Source: Pseudomonadota bacterium
Lineage (GTDB): Bacteria; Pseudomonadota; Alphaproteobacteria; Azospirillales; Azospirillaceae
Assembly (NCBI GenBank): GCA_046045995.1
Contig: JBJOKR010000003.1
Location: 925-64,924 of the forward strand
Length of the DNA stretch: 64,000 nucleotides
Direction: 5' to 3'
The notes below the pieces were generated by a model, which was given only the letters and a program-made list of their open reading frames with translations, made no database searches and had not been told where the DNA came from. Both the position numbers and the translations under genes were made by a program. This document shows positions 1 to 8,781 of this stretch, one piece after another (the stretch's first letter is position 1; each line of letters opens with the position of its first letter).

Positions 1-519
1 ATCAAGACCAATATCGAGACGGGCGGCGAGGGTACGGATGAGTGGTTCAGCTGGCTGAAATCGGCCAAGGCGGAGTACCGGAAGAATGCCAAGGGCGAGC
101 GGGTCCTGAAGCGGATCACGGTGGAGCTGTGCGACTGGCTTTACCGTGCCATCCTGAAGGACAACAGGATGCTGACCTATGATCCGGCCTATTTCGACCT
201 GCCGCCCATGGAAAAGCGGCTTTATGAGATGGCGCGGGCCCATTGCGGCAACCAGCCCGGCTTCCGTATCAATCTGGAAAAGCTGCGCCTGCGCGTCGGC
301 GCCGAGACGGATCTGCGCCAGTTCCGCTACAAGCTGGCCAAGATCGCGGAGAAGAAGAGCCCCCTGCCTGAATACGGTTTCAAGCTGATCAACGACCCCA
401 ACAGCGAGGGGGGGCCGAAGGGACAGCGTACCGTCCTGAAGAAGATCATGGTCATCTTCTGGCGCCTGGACCGGTGGCGCGAATACGACGTCAACCGGTT
501 CGAGATCCTGGAGGATTGA
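1..519 (+). CDS. repA: Replication initiator protein A (RPA/RepA family), 5' end cut by the window edge
   Basis: Frame 1 is open from nt 1 (IKTNIETGGEGTDEWFSWLK...), so the gene starts upstream of the track's GTG at 121. The segment YFDLPPMEKRLYEMARAHCGNQPGFRINLEKLRLRVG matches my recollection of alphaproteobacterial plasmid RPA initiators. Confidence 0.75.
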   Translation: MKTNIETGGEGTDEWFSWLKSAKAEYRKNAKGERVLKRITVELCDWLYRAILKDNRMLTYDPAYFDLPPMEKRLYEMARAHCGNQPGFRINLEKLRLRVGAETDLRQFRYKLAKIAEKKSPLPEYGFKLINDPNSEGGPKGQRTVLKKIMVIFWRLDRWREYDVNRFEILED

Positions 520-533
520 CCGCGGAGGGCCCC

Positions 534-1955
534 ATGGCGAGCGGTGATCTGCTGGCGGCCCTGGTGGCCCTGTTGGGCGACGCCCAGGTGCTGACCGCGG
601 AGCGAGCCGCCCCGTACGCCGTGGACTGGCGCGGTCTGGAGCGGAGCGAGCCCCTGGCCGTGATCCGCCCCGGGTCGGTGGAGGAGGTGGCGGCGGCCGT
701 CGCCCTGTGCGCCGGGGCCGGTGTGCCCATCGTGCCCCAGGGCGGCAATACCGGCCTTGTCGGCGGCACGGTGGCATGGCCCGGCAGCGGTGCCATCCTG
801 CTGAATCTGGGGCGCTTGAACCGTATCCGGGCGGTGGACCCCGTCGGCTTCACCCTGACGGCGGAGGCCGGGTGCATCCTGGCCGATGTCCAGGCCGCGG
901 CGCAGGCATCGGACCGTCTTTTCCCCTTGAGCCTTGGGGCGGAGGGGACCTGTACCATTGGCGGCAACCTGTCCAGCAATGCCGGTGGCATCCTGACCAT
1001 CCGCTACGGCAATGCCCGCGACCTTGTCCTGGGGGTGGAGGTGGTTCTGGCCGACGGCCGTGTCTGGAACGGGCTGCGATCCCTGCGCAAGGACAATACG
1101 GGCTATGACCTGAAGCACCTGTTCCTAGGCGCGGAGGGCACGCTGGGCATCATCACGGCGGCAACGCTGAAGCTGTTCCCTCGTCCTGTCGGGCTGGAAA
1201 CGGCGTTCATCGCCGTGCCGTCTCCCGCCGCCGCGGTCGCCCTTCTGGCCGACCTGCGTGCCGGGGCGGGGGAGGCGGTGACGGCGTTCGAGCTGATTCC
1301 CCGCTTCGCCATCGACGGTGCCCGCACCCTTCTGGGGCGGTCCCTGGATCCGCTGGCTGCACCCGCCCCCTGGTATGTCCTGACAGAGTTGGGGAGCAGC
1401 CTGCCGGGTGCCGCCCTGCGCCAAGCACTGGAACGGGTGCTGGCTTCCGGGATGGAGGGCGGTCTGGTCCTGGATGCGACCCTGGCCGGCAGCGGGGAGC
1501 AACGCCGCGCCCTGTGGACCATCCGCGAATCCCTGCCGGAGATCGGGCGGAAGGTGGGCGGGGCGGTGCATCACGACATCGCGGTGCCTGTGGACCGGGT
1601 GGCGGACCTGATCGAGCGGGCGGGAACCGCCCTGGACCGCATGATCCCCGGCATCCGCCCCTACCCCTTCGGCCATGTCGGCGATGGCAACATCCATTAC
1701 AACATCGCCCGGCCCGACGGCATGGACGGCGGGGAGTTCCTGGCCCGGGCGGGGGAGATCACGCGCCTGGTCCATGACATCACCGCCGATCTGGGTGGAT
1801 CGATCAGTGCTGAACATGGTATCGGCGGCCGCAAGCGGGGGGAGTTGGCACGGCTGAAGCAACCGCTGGAGCTGGAGCTGATGCGGCGGGTGAAGGCCGC
1901 GCTGGACCCGCAGGGACTGATGAACCCGGGCAAGGTTCTTCCGGATCCGGAATGA
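534..1955 (+). CDS. FAD-linked oxidase (GlcD / D-2-hydroxyacid dehydrogenase-like)
   Basis: ATG 534 follows GGAGGG. The N-terminal part has an FAD-binding PCMH-type segment (VPQGGNTGLVGG). The C-terminal part has the FAD-oxidase signature (GGSISAEHGIGGRK...LDPQGLMNPGK). Confidence 0.85.
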   Translation: MASGDLLAALVALLGDAQVLTAERAAPYAVDWRGLERSEPLAVIRPGSVEEVAAAVALCAGAGVPIVPQGGNTGLVGGTVAWPGSGAILLNLGRLNRIRAVDPVGFTLTAEAGCILADVQAAAQASDRLFPLSLGAEGTCTIGGNLSSNAGGILTIRYGNARDLVLGVEVVLADGRVWNGLRSLRKDNTGYDLKHLFLGAEGTLGIITAATLKLFPRPVGLETAFIAVPSPAAAVALLADLRAGAGEAVTAFELIPRFAIDGARTLLGRSLDPLAAPAPWYVLTELGSSLPGAALRQALERVLASGMEGGLVLDATLAGSGEQRRALWTIRESLPEIGRKVGGAVHHDIAVPVDRVADLIERAGTALDRMIPGIRPYPFGHVGDGNIHYNIARPDGMDGGEFLARAGEITRLVHDITADLGGSISAEHGIGGRKRGELARLKQPLELELMRRVKAALDPQGLMNPGKVLPDPE

Positions 1956-1973
1956 TCGTTGGAAGCGGCCCGA

Positions 1974-2996
1974 TCAGCGGCCGTAATAGTCCCGGTACCA
2001 GCGTACGAACCGCTCCAGCCCCACCTCGATCGGGGTTGCGGGGGTGAAGCCCACGTCCCGGGCCAGATCATCGATATCGGCGCAGGTGGCGGGCACGTCC
2101 CCCGGCTGCATGGGCAGCAGAATCTTCTCCGCCGTCCGGCCCAGGCATTCCTCCAGCACGGCGATCATCCGCATCAGGTCGACCGGCCGGTTGTTGCCGA
2201 TATTGTACAGGCGATAGGGGGCGGTGCTGGTGCCGGGGTCGGGCCGGTCGCCCCGCCAGTCCGGATTGGGGGTGGCAGGCCGGTCGGCGGCGCGGACGAC
2301 CCCTTCGACGATGTCATCGATATAGGTGAAGTCCCGCTGCATGCAGCCTTCATTGAACAGCTTGATCGGCTTTCCGTCCAGGATCGCCTGGGTGAACAGG
2401 AAATAGGCCATGTCCGGCCGCCCCCACGGGCCGTAGACCGTGAAGAACCGCAAGCCCGTCACCGGCAGCCGGAACAGATGGCTGTAGCTGTGGGCCATCA
2501 GCTCATTCGCCTTTTTCGTGGCGGCGTAAAGGCTGATCGGGTGGTCCACGTTGTCATGGACCGAATAGGGCATCGTCGTGTTCGCCCCATAGACGGAACT
2601 GGTGGAGGCATAGACCAGATGCCCCACCCCCTGGTGCCGGCATCCCTCCAGGATGTTCAGGAAGCCTGTCAGGTTCGAGTCCGCATAGGCAGCCGGATTG
2701 TCCAGGGAATGGCGCACCCCCGCCTGGGCCGCCAGATGGATGACGGTCGCGGGTCGCAGATCGCCGAACAGGGCGGCCATGCCGGGCCCGTCCGCCAGGT
2801 CCAGACGGTGGAAGCGGAATGCAGGCTCCGCCGCCAGCAGGTCCAGCCGGGCCTGCTTCAGCCGCACATCATAATAGGCGTTCAGGTTGTCCAGCCCGAC
2901 CACCGGCCGCCCGGCCGCCAGCAGGCGACGGGCCACATGGAAGCCGATGAAGCCCGCCGCACCGGTGACGAGCACGGGGCTGTTGTCCTGCACCAT
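1974..2996 (-). CDS. NAD-dependent epimerase/dehydratase, UDP-glucuronate 4-epimerase-like
   Basis: Rossmann motif [11 protein letters not shown] near the N-terminus and catalytic YAATK (YxxxK). The overall layout fits extended SDR nucleotide-sugar epimerases. Confidence 0.85.
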   Translation of the reverse strand: MVQDNSPVLVTGAAGFIGFHVARRLLAAGRPVVGLDNLNAYYDVRLKQARLDLLAAEPAFRFHRLDLADGPGMAALFGDLRPATVIHLAAQAGVRHSLDNPAAYADSNLTGFLNILEGCRHQGVGHLVYASTSSVYGANTTMPYSVHDNVDHPISLYAATKKANELMAHSYSHLFRLPVTGLRFFTVYGPWGRPDMAYFLFTQAILDGKPIKLFNEGCMQRDFTYIDDIVEGVVRAADRPATPNPDWRGDRPDPGTSTAPYRLYNIGNNRPVDLMRMIAVLEECLGRTAEKILLPMQPGDVPATCADIDDLARDVGFTPATPIEVGLERFVRWYRDYYGR

Positions 2997-3128
2997 ATCC
3001 TGCTTCCCCAGCGGTATCGATCGCGCACACCCATAGCGTCTTTCCGGGGCGCCGTCATCCGGGCGCCCGCGGGGGGCGCCGGAACCTTTGGCTATGCCGG
3101 TCGTGGACGTGCCGCAGGATGGTCGGCT

Positions 3129-4085
3129 TCAGGGGCAGGCCTTGGCCGTTTCGGATACGATCCGATCAAGGAATTCCAGCGAAGGCTTCGCGGTGCGCGT
3201 CAGGCCCTTGTAGCGGGCCGTATCCTCCGGCGTGGTGCGGATCACCCCGGCCAGATCCGCCGCCTGGGCCGGAGACAGGCTGCCGATCGGCACCTGATGG
3301 GTGCGGATGGTGAAGACAACGGCCCCGGTCCGGGGAAGGCGCCGCAGGGTCTGGCGTTCCACCCGCAGGAACAGCCGCGTTGCCGCATTCGCCGCCGTGA
3401 TGGTCCGGTCCGGATCCTCATGGGCCGTTTCCACCGGCTGGAACAGGGCCGGATCGTCATTCAGGGCCCAGTTGGTGCGCCAGACCGGGCGATCCACCGT
3501 CAGGGCATCGAAGAAGCGGTCCACCGGCACCGCCAGCTTTGCGGCATAGCCCGGAACCGGGCGGTGGATGCCGGGCAGCGGCTTGCCCAGCTTGTCCGCC
3601 AAGCGCCAGCGGTTGGGAAAGCACAGTACCGCCCCCATGAGTCGCCAGCCCCCGGGCGTGGGAAGAAGCAGGCAGAGATCATCGGCGACAAGCCGACCGC
3701 ACAGGTCCAGCGGGTCATGGCCATCCAGGCGCAGGTGGTCACCCGTCACGGCACTGGCTATTATTCCGTCTTCAAAACGAAATAGATCCGGCCAGTTCCG
3801 CGTCAGGTGGCACAGCACCAGGTCGCGAAGTTCGCCGGCCGCGTCCCGCGCCTCTGGCATACAGGCCAGAACTTCCCCCCGACGGGAGTCCAGCAGGTGC
3901 CGCCTCTCCGCGATCTGATCCGACCAATCGTCCTGGGGAAGGATCCAATCCGCCGGGTTCAGGGCGCGCAGCCCCATGGTCAGACGGAAGCCGGTGCCAT
4001 CGAAAGGCCAGGGCAGGCGGGCGGGCGGCAGGCCGGGGCCGCGGCCAGGGTTGGGGGTGTCGGGGGGTGTTGCGGCGGCGGTCAT
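3129..4085 (-). CDS. DUF3445 family protein (heme-dependent oxidative N-demethylase-like)
   Basis: Start chosen at internal ATG 4085 (MTAAATPP...). The conserved-looking block LCFPNRWRLADKLGKPLPGIHRPVPGY is typical of DUF3445 as I recall it. The upstream 65 codons of the track ORF are Gly/Pro/Arg-rich and look non-genuine. Confidence 0.65.
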   Translation of the reverse strand: MTAAATPPDTPNPGRGPGLPPARLPWPFDGTGFRLTMGLRALNPADWILPQDDWSDQIAERRHLLDSRRGEVLACMPEARDAAGELRDLVLCHLTRNWPDLFRFEDGIIASAVTGDHLRLDGHDPLDLCGRLVADDLCLLLPTPGGWRLMGAVLCFPNRWRLADKLGKPLPGIHRPVPGYAAKLAVPVDRFFDALTVDRPVWRTNWALNDDPALFQPVETAHEDPDRTITAANAATRLFLRVERQTLRRLPRTGAVVFTIRTHQVPIGSLSPAQAADLAGVIRTTPEDTARYKGLTRTAKPSLEFLDRIVSETAKACP

Positions 4086-4300
4086 GGCGGTCGGGCTCGG
4101 CGATCCGGTCGGGCTGTCTGTGTATGGCCCTGGACCAGGCGGATTGCCAGGGGAAGGCCCGAACCTCCGCCGCCCCGGGGGGCAAAGCCGGGCCTTCAGC
4201 CATGAAGTCGGGGCATGCCGCAGGCCCCCTGCCCTGCCTTGCCGCCCCCCGGCCGGTCGTGTAGGGCTTGCCGCCATCACCGGACGCCAGGATTCCGCCC

Positions 4301-5293
4301 ATGCCCAATACCGCCAAGATCATCGCCGCCGCGCGCGACCTGCTGCAGATCGAAGCGAAGGCCGTGCTGATGCAGGAACAGGCCCTGGACGATCAGTTCC
4401 TGGGCGTGGTGCGGCAGATCGGTGGGGATCTGGGGAACACCCTGGTCGCCGGGGTGGGCAAATCCGGCCTGATCGCCCGGCTTCTGGCCAGCAAACTGTC
4501 CAGCGTGGGCGCCCGCGCCTTCTATTACAGCGCCCTGGATGCGCTGCATGGGGAGTTGGGGGGGCTGCGCCCGGGGGATCTGCTGATCCTGCTGTCCAAC
4601 AGCGGCCAGACCCAGGAACTGGTGGATGTGGCCACCGCGGCGCGCCAACGGGGTGTCACCGTCGCAGCCATGGTCTGTCGGGTTCCGTCTGCCCTGTCCC
4701 GGATCGCGGATTTCACCCTGCATGCCCGGATCGAACGGGAAGGGACGGAGACCAAGCTGCCCACCGCCAGCACCACGGCCATGTTGGCCCTGGCCGATGC
4801 CCTGGTGGTCGCGGTCGCCGCCCAGCGGGATTTCACGGCGGAGGATTTCGGGCGTAATCATCCGGGTGGCACCCTGGGAATCGTCCTGGGGTCGCGGGTG
4901 GCTGACCTGATGGTGCGGGCACCGGACGGGGTGGCCCTGATGCGGCCGGACCAGCCGATCTTCGAGACCCTGCTGGCGATGACGCGCTTTCCCAACGGCG
5001 CCGCCCTGGTGGTGGATGAGGCGGGGGCCCTGGCCGGCATCGTCACCGAAGGCGATGTGCGCCGCGGCCTGGCGACCCATGGCAAGTCCTTCCTGGATGC
5101 GGCCACGGGCGCCTGGATGACGCCTGCCCCCCGATCCTGCGGCCCCGAGGCCAGCGCCATACAGGCGCTGGAGATCATGGAGACACCGACCCAGATCTAT
5201 GTCCTTCCGGTCGTGGGGGAGGGGCGGCGGGTCCTGGGCCTGCTGCGGATGCACGATATCGCCGGGCTGGAAGTGGAAAGATCCCTGGGCTGA
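4301..5293 (+). CDS. kpsF: KpsF/GutQ-type arabinose-5-phosphate isomerase (SIS domain plus tandem CBS)
   Basis: Starts MPNTAKIIAAARDLL. SIS motif GVGKSGLIA... and LLSNSGQTQE, followed by a C-terminal CBS pair (IVTEGDVRR, LLRMHDI). Confidence 0.85.
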   Translation: MPNTAKIIAAARDLLQIEAKAVLMQEQALDDQFLGVVRQIGGDLGNTLVAGVGKSGLIARLLASKLSSVGARAFYYSALDALHGELGGLRPGDLLILLSNSGQTQELVDVATAARQRGVTVAAMVCRVPSALSRIADFTLHARIEREGTETKLPTASTTAMLALADALVVAVAAQRDFTAEDFGRNHPGGTLGIVLGSRVADLMVRAPDGVALMRPDQPIFETLLAMTRFPNGAALVVDEAGALAGIVTEGDVRRGLATHGKSFLDAATGAWMTPAPRSCGPEASAIQALEIMETPTQIYVLPVVGEGRRVLGLLRMHDIAGLEVERSLG

Positions 5294-5395
5294 AATCCAT
5301 CCTCCCCCTCTAGTTATATTGAGGGGGCGGTGGGAATCGGTCATGGTGGAGTAATGCGGTTTTTCGGCCGCAGGTGCGGGGCAGAGGGCCTAATA

Positions 5396-5767
5396 ATGCG
5401 GGAAATGCGGAGTTTGGGCTTCACCGACCGGGAGGTCATAACGGCGGTGCTTGACCTGATGCGCAAGACCCGGCAGCCGTTGCCCAGTGGTCAGATCCGC
5501 GATATCAGCTTCTATTCTGATCCGGTACGGGCAGAACTACTGATCGAGGACGACTTCGGCGAGAAGACGACCGTCCACCGCAATGCGGCGGAGCTGGCGG
5601 CGTCCCTGGTCAATTACTGCCTGGAGCGCCGTATCCGCCTGCCCAGCCATGGCCGGAAATTCGTGGAGCTGATCGCAGGTTCCCTCAACTTGCTGATCTA
5701 TATGGAAAACGCAGCACCGGCCCCGCGCACGCGCCGCCCGGCGGGTCAGGCGGCGCCACGGTCATGA
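5396..5767 (+). CDS. Hypothetical protein
   Basis: ORF-track frame. Start set at ATG 5396 (MREMRSLGF), about 8 nt after AGAGGG. I recognise no family. Its stop overlaps the next small ORF (ATGA). Confidence 0.4.
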   Translation: MREMRSLGFTDREVITAVLDLMRKTRQPLPSGQIRDISFYSDPVRAELLIEDDFGEKTTVHRNAAELAASLVNYCLERRIRLPSHGRKFVELIAGSLNLLIYMENAAPAPRTRRPAGQAAPRS

Positions 5768-5940
5768 CCCTGGGCCAGGGCCTGGGGGCCATCGCTGTGC
5801 TGTGGCTGCTTCTGCTGGCACGCAGTGCGTGGAAGCAGGGGGAGCTGGGGCAGTTCCTGCGCGCCGTGCTGGCGGTGGCGGTTTTGATCGCGGCCGTTTC
5901 CGGTATCGTCGCCGGCTGGATCTGGCTGGACCGGGGCTGA
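5764..5940 (+). CDS. Small (58 aa) predicted two-helix membrane protein, not in the ORF track
   Basis: Hand-translated as MTLGQGLGAIAVLWLLLLARSAWKQGELGQFLRAVLAVAVLIAAVSGIVAGWIWLDRG*. ATG 5764 overlaps the upstream TGA (ATGA at 5764-5767). Two hydrophobic stretches. Confidence 0.35.
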   Translation: MTLGQGLGAIAVLWLLLLARSAWKQGELGQFLRAVLAVAVLIAAVSGIVAGWIWLDRG

Positions 5941-5962
5941 TCAACGCCAACGGGCGGGAGGA

Positions 5963-6760
5963 TCAGCGGATTTCCACCGCGATCACCCAGCAATCGCGGC
6001 TGCGTCGGGCCAGCATGGTGCACACCTCCTCCACCCGGCTGCGGCTGAACGGGCCGGCGGCAAGCTCCACCGCAATGCCGCGGGTGGTCGCCCGGCGGAA
6101 GATATAGGGAGGCAGGCCGGACAGTTCGGGAAGCGTGTCCTGGATTTCCCGCCACAACATCTCCGCCTCCGCTAGGCTGGAGAAACTGCCGAACCGGGCG
6201 GCGAAAAACCCGGGCGATCCAGGCCCCAGCGTCGTCGGGGAGTAGGTACCGATGATGGGGCGGAGGTCACCGGGGGGCACGCCGTTGCGGTCGCCGCCAT
6301 CCAGGATGATACGGTCGCCGCCCACATCCGCGATGCCGACGATGCGGCCCGCCCCACCCGCCAGCCAGTGATCCCCGGGCAGGACGCCGGTGCCCGCCGC
6401 CAGAACATCCGGCACGACGACGGCGGTGTAGAGAACCGGCCTTTCCCGATCGATGGGGGCGAGGCTGGCCGCACTGACATAGCCCAGTTCCCGCCCGCCG
6501 ATGGCGATCCAGGCCATGCCCGTGCCGCGGGGATAGCCCAGCACCGTCACCGTCCGTCCCGCCTCGATCTCCATCACCTGGGGCGCGCCGGCCACGGGGG
6601 CGGACAGCACCGCCAGGGGGGTTGCGGCCACAGCCTCCCCCGGGTCCACGGCGAACTGCGCCATGGCGGAATGGGGAAGGAGGAGCAGCGCCCAGAATAA
6701 AAGGAGGAGCCCAGCCAAGACCGGACCCCGCATCCATTCCGCCGCACAGCGCCTGATCAT
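5963..6760 (-). CDS. Secreted SH3b-like / SPOR domain protein (peptidoglycan-binding)
   Basis: Signal peptide LLLLFWALLLLPHSAMA-Q. Central SH3b-like segment (VTVLGYPRGTGMAWIAIGGRELGYV). C-terminal SPOR-like block (FFAARFGSFSSLAEAEMLW...AAGPFSRSRVEEVCTML). Confidence 0.6.
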   Translation of the reverse strand: MIRRCAAEWMRGPVLAGLLLLFWALLLLPHSAMAQFAVDPGEAVAATPLAVLSAPVAGAPQVMEIEAGRTVTVLGYPRGTGMAWIAIGGRELGYVSAASLAPIDRERPVLYTAVVVPDVLAAGTGVLPGDHWLAGGAGRIVGIADVGGDRIILDGGDRNGVPPGDLRPIIGTYSPTTLGPGSPGFFAARFGSFSSLAEAEMLWREIQDTLPELSGLPPYIFRRATTRGIAVELAAGPFSRSRVEEVCTMLARRSRDCWVIAVEIR

Positions 6761-7818
6761 CGCCCGCCTCCCGCTGGCGGGGCACCGGCGCCGGGCACCA
6801 GGCCTGTGGGGGCGGCCTGTCCCGGTGGTGCCTGTCCCGAAGATGGTTGTACAGGCGATGATTGCGCTGGGGGCGGGGGCGCCGATCCGGGTGCCGAAAG
6901 TCCCGTGGTGGCCTGTCCCATCGCAACCGGCTGGGGCCGGTCGCGCCAGACCAGGGGGGCGATGGCCAGGGGCTGGGCCCCCGCCTGAAGCAGGAAGGTG
7001 GGGGGGGCCGCGGTGCCCACGGCCGCCAGCGGGCCCGTGGCACGGGGGACCGGGGGTGGGCGCTGTGCCGGACGTTCCGCTGCCCGCGGGGCAGTCGCCG
7101 TTCCCGTGCGGGGCGGCGCCGGCCGGTTGGCGGTCGGGGCCGCCGTCGGGGCGGGGCTTTGGGCGGCGGTGGCTGGGGTGGCCGGGGCGGGCCCTGCCGG
7201 TGCGGGTCCTGCCGGTGGCTCGGGAGTTGCGGTTGGAGTTGCCGGGGTGGGCGGTGCCGATGCGGCCGTGGCCTGACCCGCCTGCGATTGAGGAGAAGGC
7301 GGCTGTGCAGCGGGTGGCGGTGCCGGGGTTGCCTGGGAAGCGGGTGCCTGCGGTGCCTGTTCACCGGCGGTGGCGGCCGGGGCGGGCGCAGGGGCGGGGC
7401 GGCTGGTCAGCACGGTTTGGGTCGGAGTACCCGGCGGTGCGGGTGGAACGGTCGACTCCCTCCGCGCCGGGCGTCCCGTCACCGGTACCGGCGCGGGTGC
7501 AGCGGGTGACGCTGCCGGTGCCCTCGGTTCCCCGGCAGCGGGCGCTGTCGCGTCCGGCTGGCGCAGCAGATCCGCCCCGGTCAGGCGGCGGGGCGCACCC
7601 GTGGCGGGCTGTCCGGGGGTCTGGGCTGCGGTGGCTGTGGCGGATGGGGTACCAGCAGCCGGCGGGACCGGCGCCGGGTCCGCGGCCCGGGCCGGGGCCG
7701 AGAGCGTCAACGCCCCCAGGAGTGCGCCCAGCACCAGGGTAAACGGCGGCGGCGGGTCCGCGGACCGTGTCCTGATGCCATGGTGCCGGTATCGGCGGGA
7801 GGGGGGCATGTCGCGCAT
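6757..7818 (-). CDS. Pro/Ala/Thr-rich low-complexity secreted or membrane-anchored protein
   Basis: N-terminal hydrophobic segment FTLVLGALLGALTLSAPARA-AD. Wobble positions vary (GCA/GCC/GCG, CCA/CCG/CCC), consistent with this being the reading frame. TGA overlaps the downstream ATG (ATGA 6757-6760). Competing ORFs on both strands make this call moderate. Confidence 0.5.
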   Translation of the reverse strand: MRDMPPSRRYRHHGIRTRSADPPPPFTLVLGALLGALTLSAPARAADPAPVPPAAGTPSATATAAQTPGQPATGAPRRLTGADLLRQPDATAPAAGEPRAPAASPAAPAPVPVTGRPARRESTVPPAPPGTPTQTVLTSRPAPAPAPAATAGEQAPQAPASQATPAPPPAAQPPSPQSQAGQATAASAPPTPATPTATPEPPAGPAPAGPAPATPATAAQSPAPTAAPTANRPAPPRTGTATAPRAAERPAQRPPPVPRATGPLAAVGTAAPPTFLLQAGAQPLAIAPLVWRDRPQPVAMGQATTGLSAPGSAPPPPAQSSPVQPSSGQAPPGQAAPTGLVPGAGAPPAGGGR

Positions 7819-8099
7819 CCCTTTTGAATGGCGTCGTCGCAGTGTGTACCGGGTGGCGCCCCGGGCTGGCAGGTGTCCGGCCAGCGGCGGCCATCACCAT
7901 CCGGGGGGTGCATCTTGCCCGGTTGGCAGAGTATCCCGCCCCACCCGGCATGCCAACCCCGAACGGTGGATCCGGGGCCGCCGTGTGGGGTGACACAGGG
8001 GGGTGACACATGGGGGTGTGCATGACGACAGGGGACAAATCCATTCCACTTCTGTAAGATGTCGCCCGTCTGTGGAACTACGCTCGGGGGAGAAACGCA

Positions 8100-8462
8100 A
8101 TGCCGCGCCGTAATGCGAAGGTGGATAAGGAGACCGAGGTCCATATCCCGGATTTCCTGGAGATCGACGGCCAGCTTATCCCCCATAACGTCTGGGTTGG
8201 TGGCCGCCGCACCAGTGTGCGCCTGGAAGCGGTCATGTGGACGGCGCTGCGGGAGATCAGCGAGCGCGAAAGCATGACCATCAATCAGACCATCACCTTG
8301 ATCGCGCGCCGCCGGCATGCCAATGCGTCGCTGACCGCGACCATCCGCGCCTTTCTGATCGCCTATTACCGGGCGGTGGTCACCCTGGCGGAACAGGGCG
8401 GGCTGGCGCCGGAGGACAAGCCTTTCATGGATACGCTGGAGAATGCGGTGCGAAAGGCGTGA
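8100..8462 (+). CDS. Ribbon-helix-helix (RHH_4-like) domain protein
   Basis: The segment VGGRRTSVRLEAVMWTALREISERESMTINQTITLIARRR...LTATIRAFLIAYY matches the RHH_4 pattern (HxTSxxLE..FW..L..IA). Confidence 0.6.
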   Translation: MPRRNAKVDKETEVHIPDFLEIDGQLIPHNVWVGGRRTSVRLEAVMWTALREISERESMTINQTITLIARRRHANASLTATIRAFLIAYYRAVVTLAEQGGLAPEDKPFMDTLENAVRKA

Positions 8463-8725
8463 TGCCTGTGCCTGAAGGCCGGGCCCCCCCGCCCGGGCAA
8501 CAGGCCGCCCATGCTGTCGCAGGAACCACCGGCGCCCCGATCGGGGCGCCGGTTTGCTTTCAGGGCCGGGCTGTTTCCGGGCCGGGCTGTTTTAGCGAAG
8601 GCGGAATCCCTTGCCCCACCAGCGGGGCCGGAGGGGGCAGACGGGTGCAGAACCTGCCGGGAAAAATCTGCCGGGTGGTCCGATTTGATCAGCTAAAGCA
8701 TTGAAAAACAAGGAAAGGCACCGTC

Positions 8726-8741
8726 TGGCACGGCCCTTGCG
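8726..8741 (+). promoter_or_regulatory. sigma54 (-24/-12) promoter for flgE
   Basis: TGGCAC-GGCCC-TTGCG matches the TGGCAC-N5-TTGCW consensus. The -12 element lies about 41 nt upstream of the flgE ATG (8782). Confidence 0.6.
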
Positions 8742-8781
8742 AAGAGGGGGGCGAGCAAATGCCAGTCAACAGGAGCCTGCC

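Noticed and set aside
1959-3785. 608-aa plus-strand ORF spanning the epimerase and DUF3445 regions
   Set aside because: It is antisense to two ORFs that have clear family motifs. Its translation is Arg/Gly/Pro/His-rich low-complexity sequence, typical of shadow ORFs in high-GC DNA.
6800-7700. Possible CRISPR or tandem DNA repeat array suggested by the repetitive CCGGC/GCCCC-rich sequence
   Set aside because: The repetitiveness comes from degenerate codons for Pro/Ala/Thr. There are no regularly spaced identical repeats with unique spacers.
6757-7818. Calling the Pro-rich protein a FliK hook-length control protein because of its position near flgE
   Set aside because: No FliK-type conserved C-terminal (Flg_hook) segment is visible. 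It also has an N-terminal export signal or anchor, which flagellar type III substrates lack.
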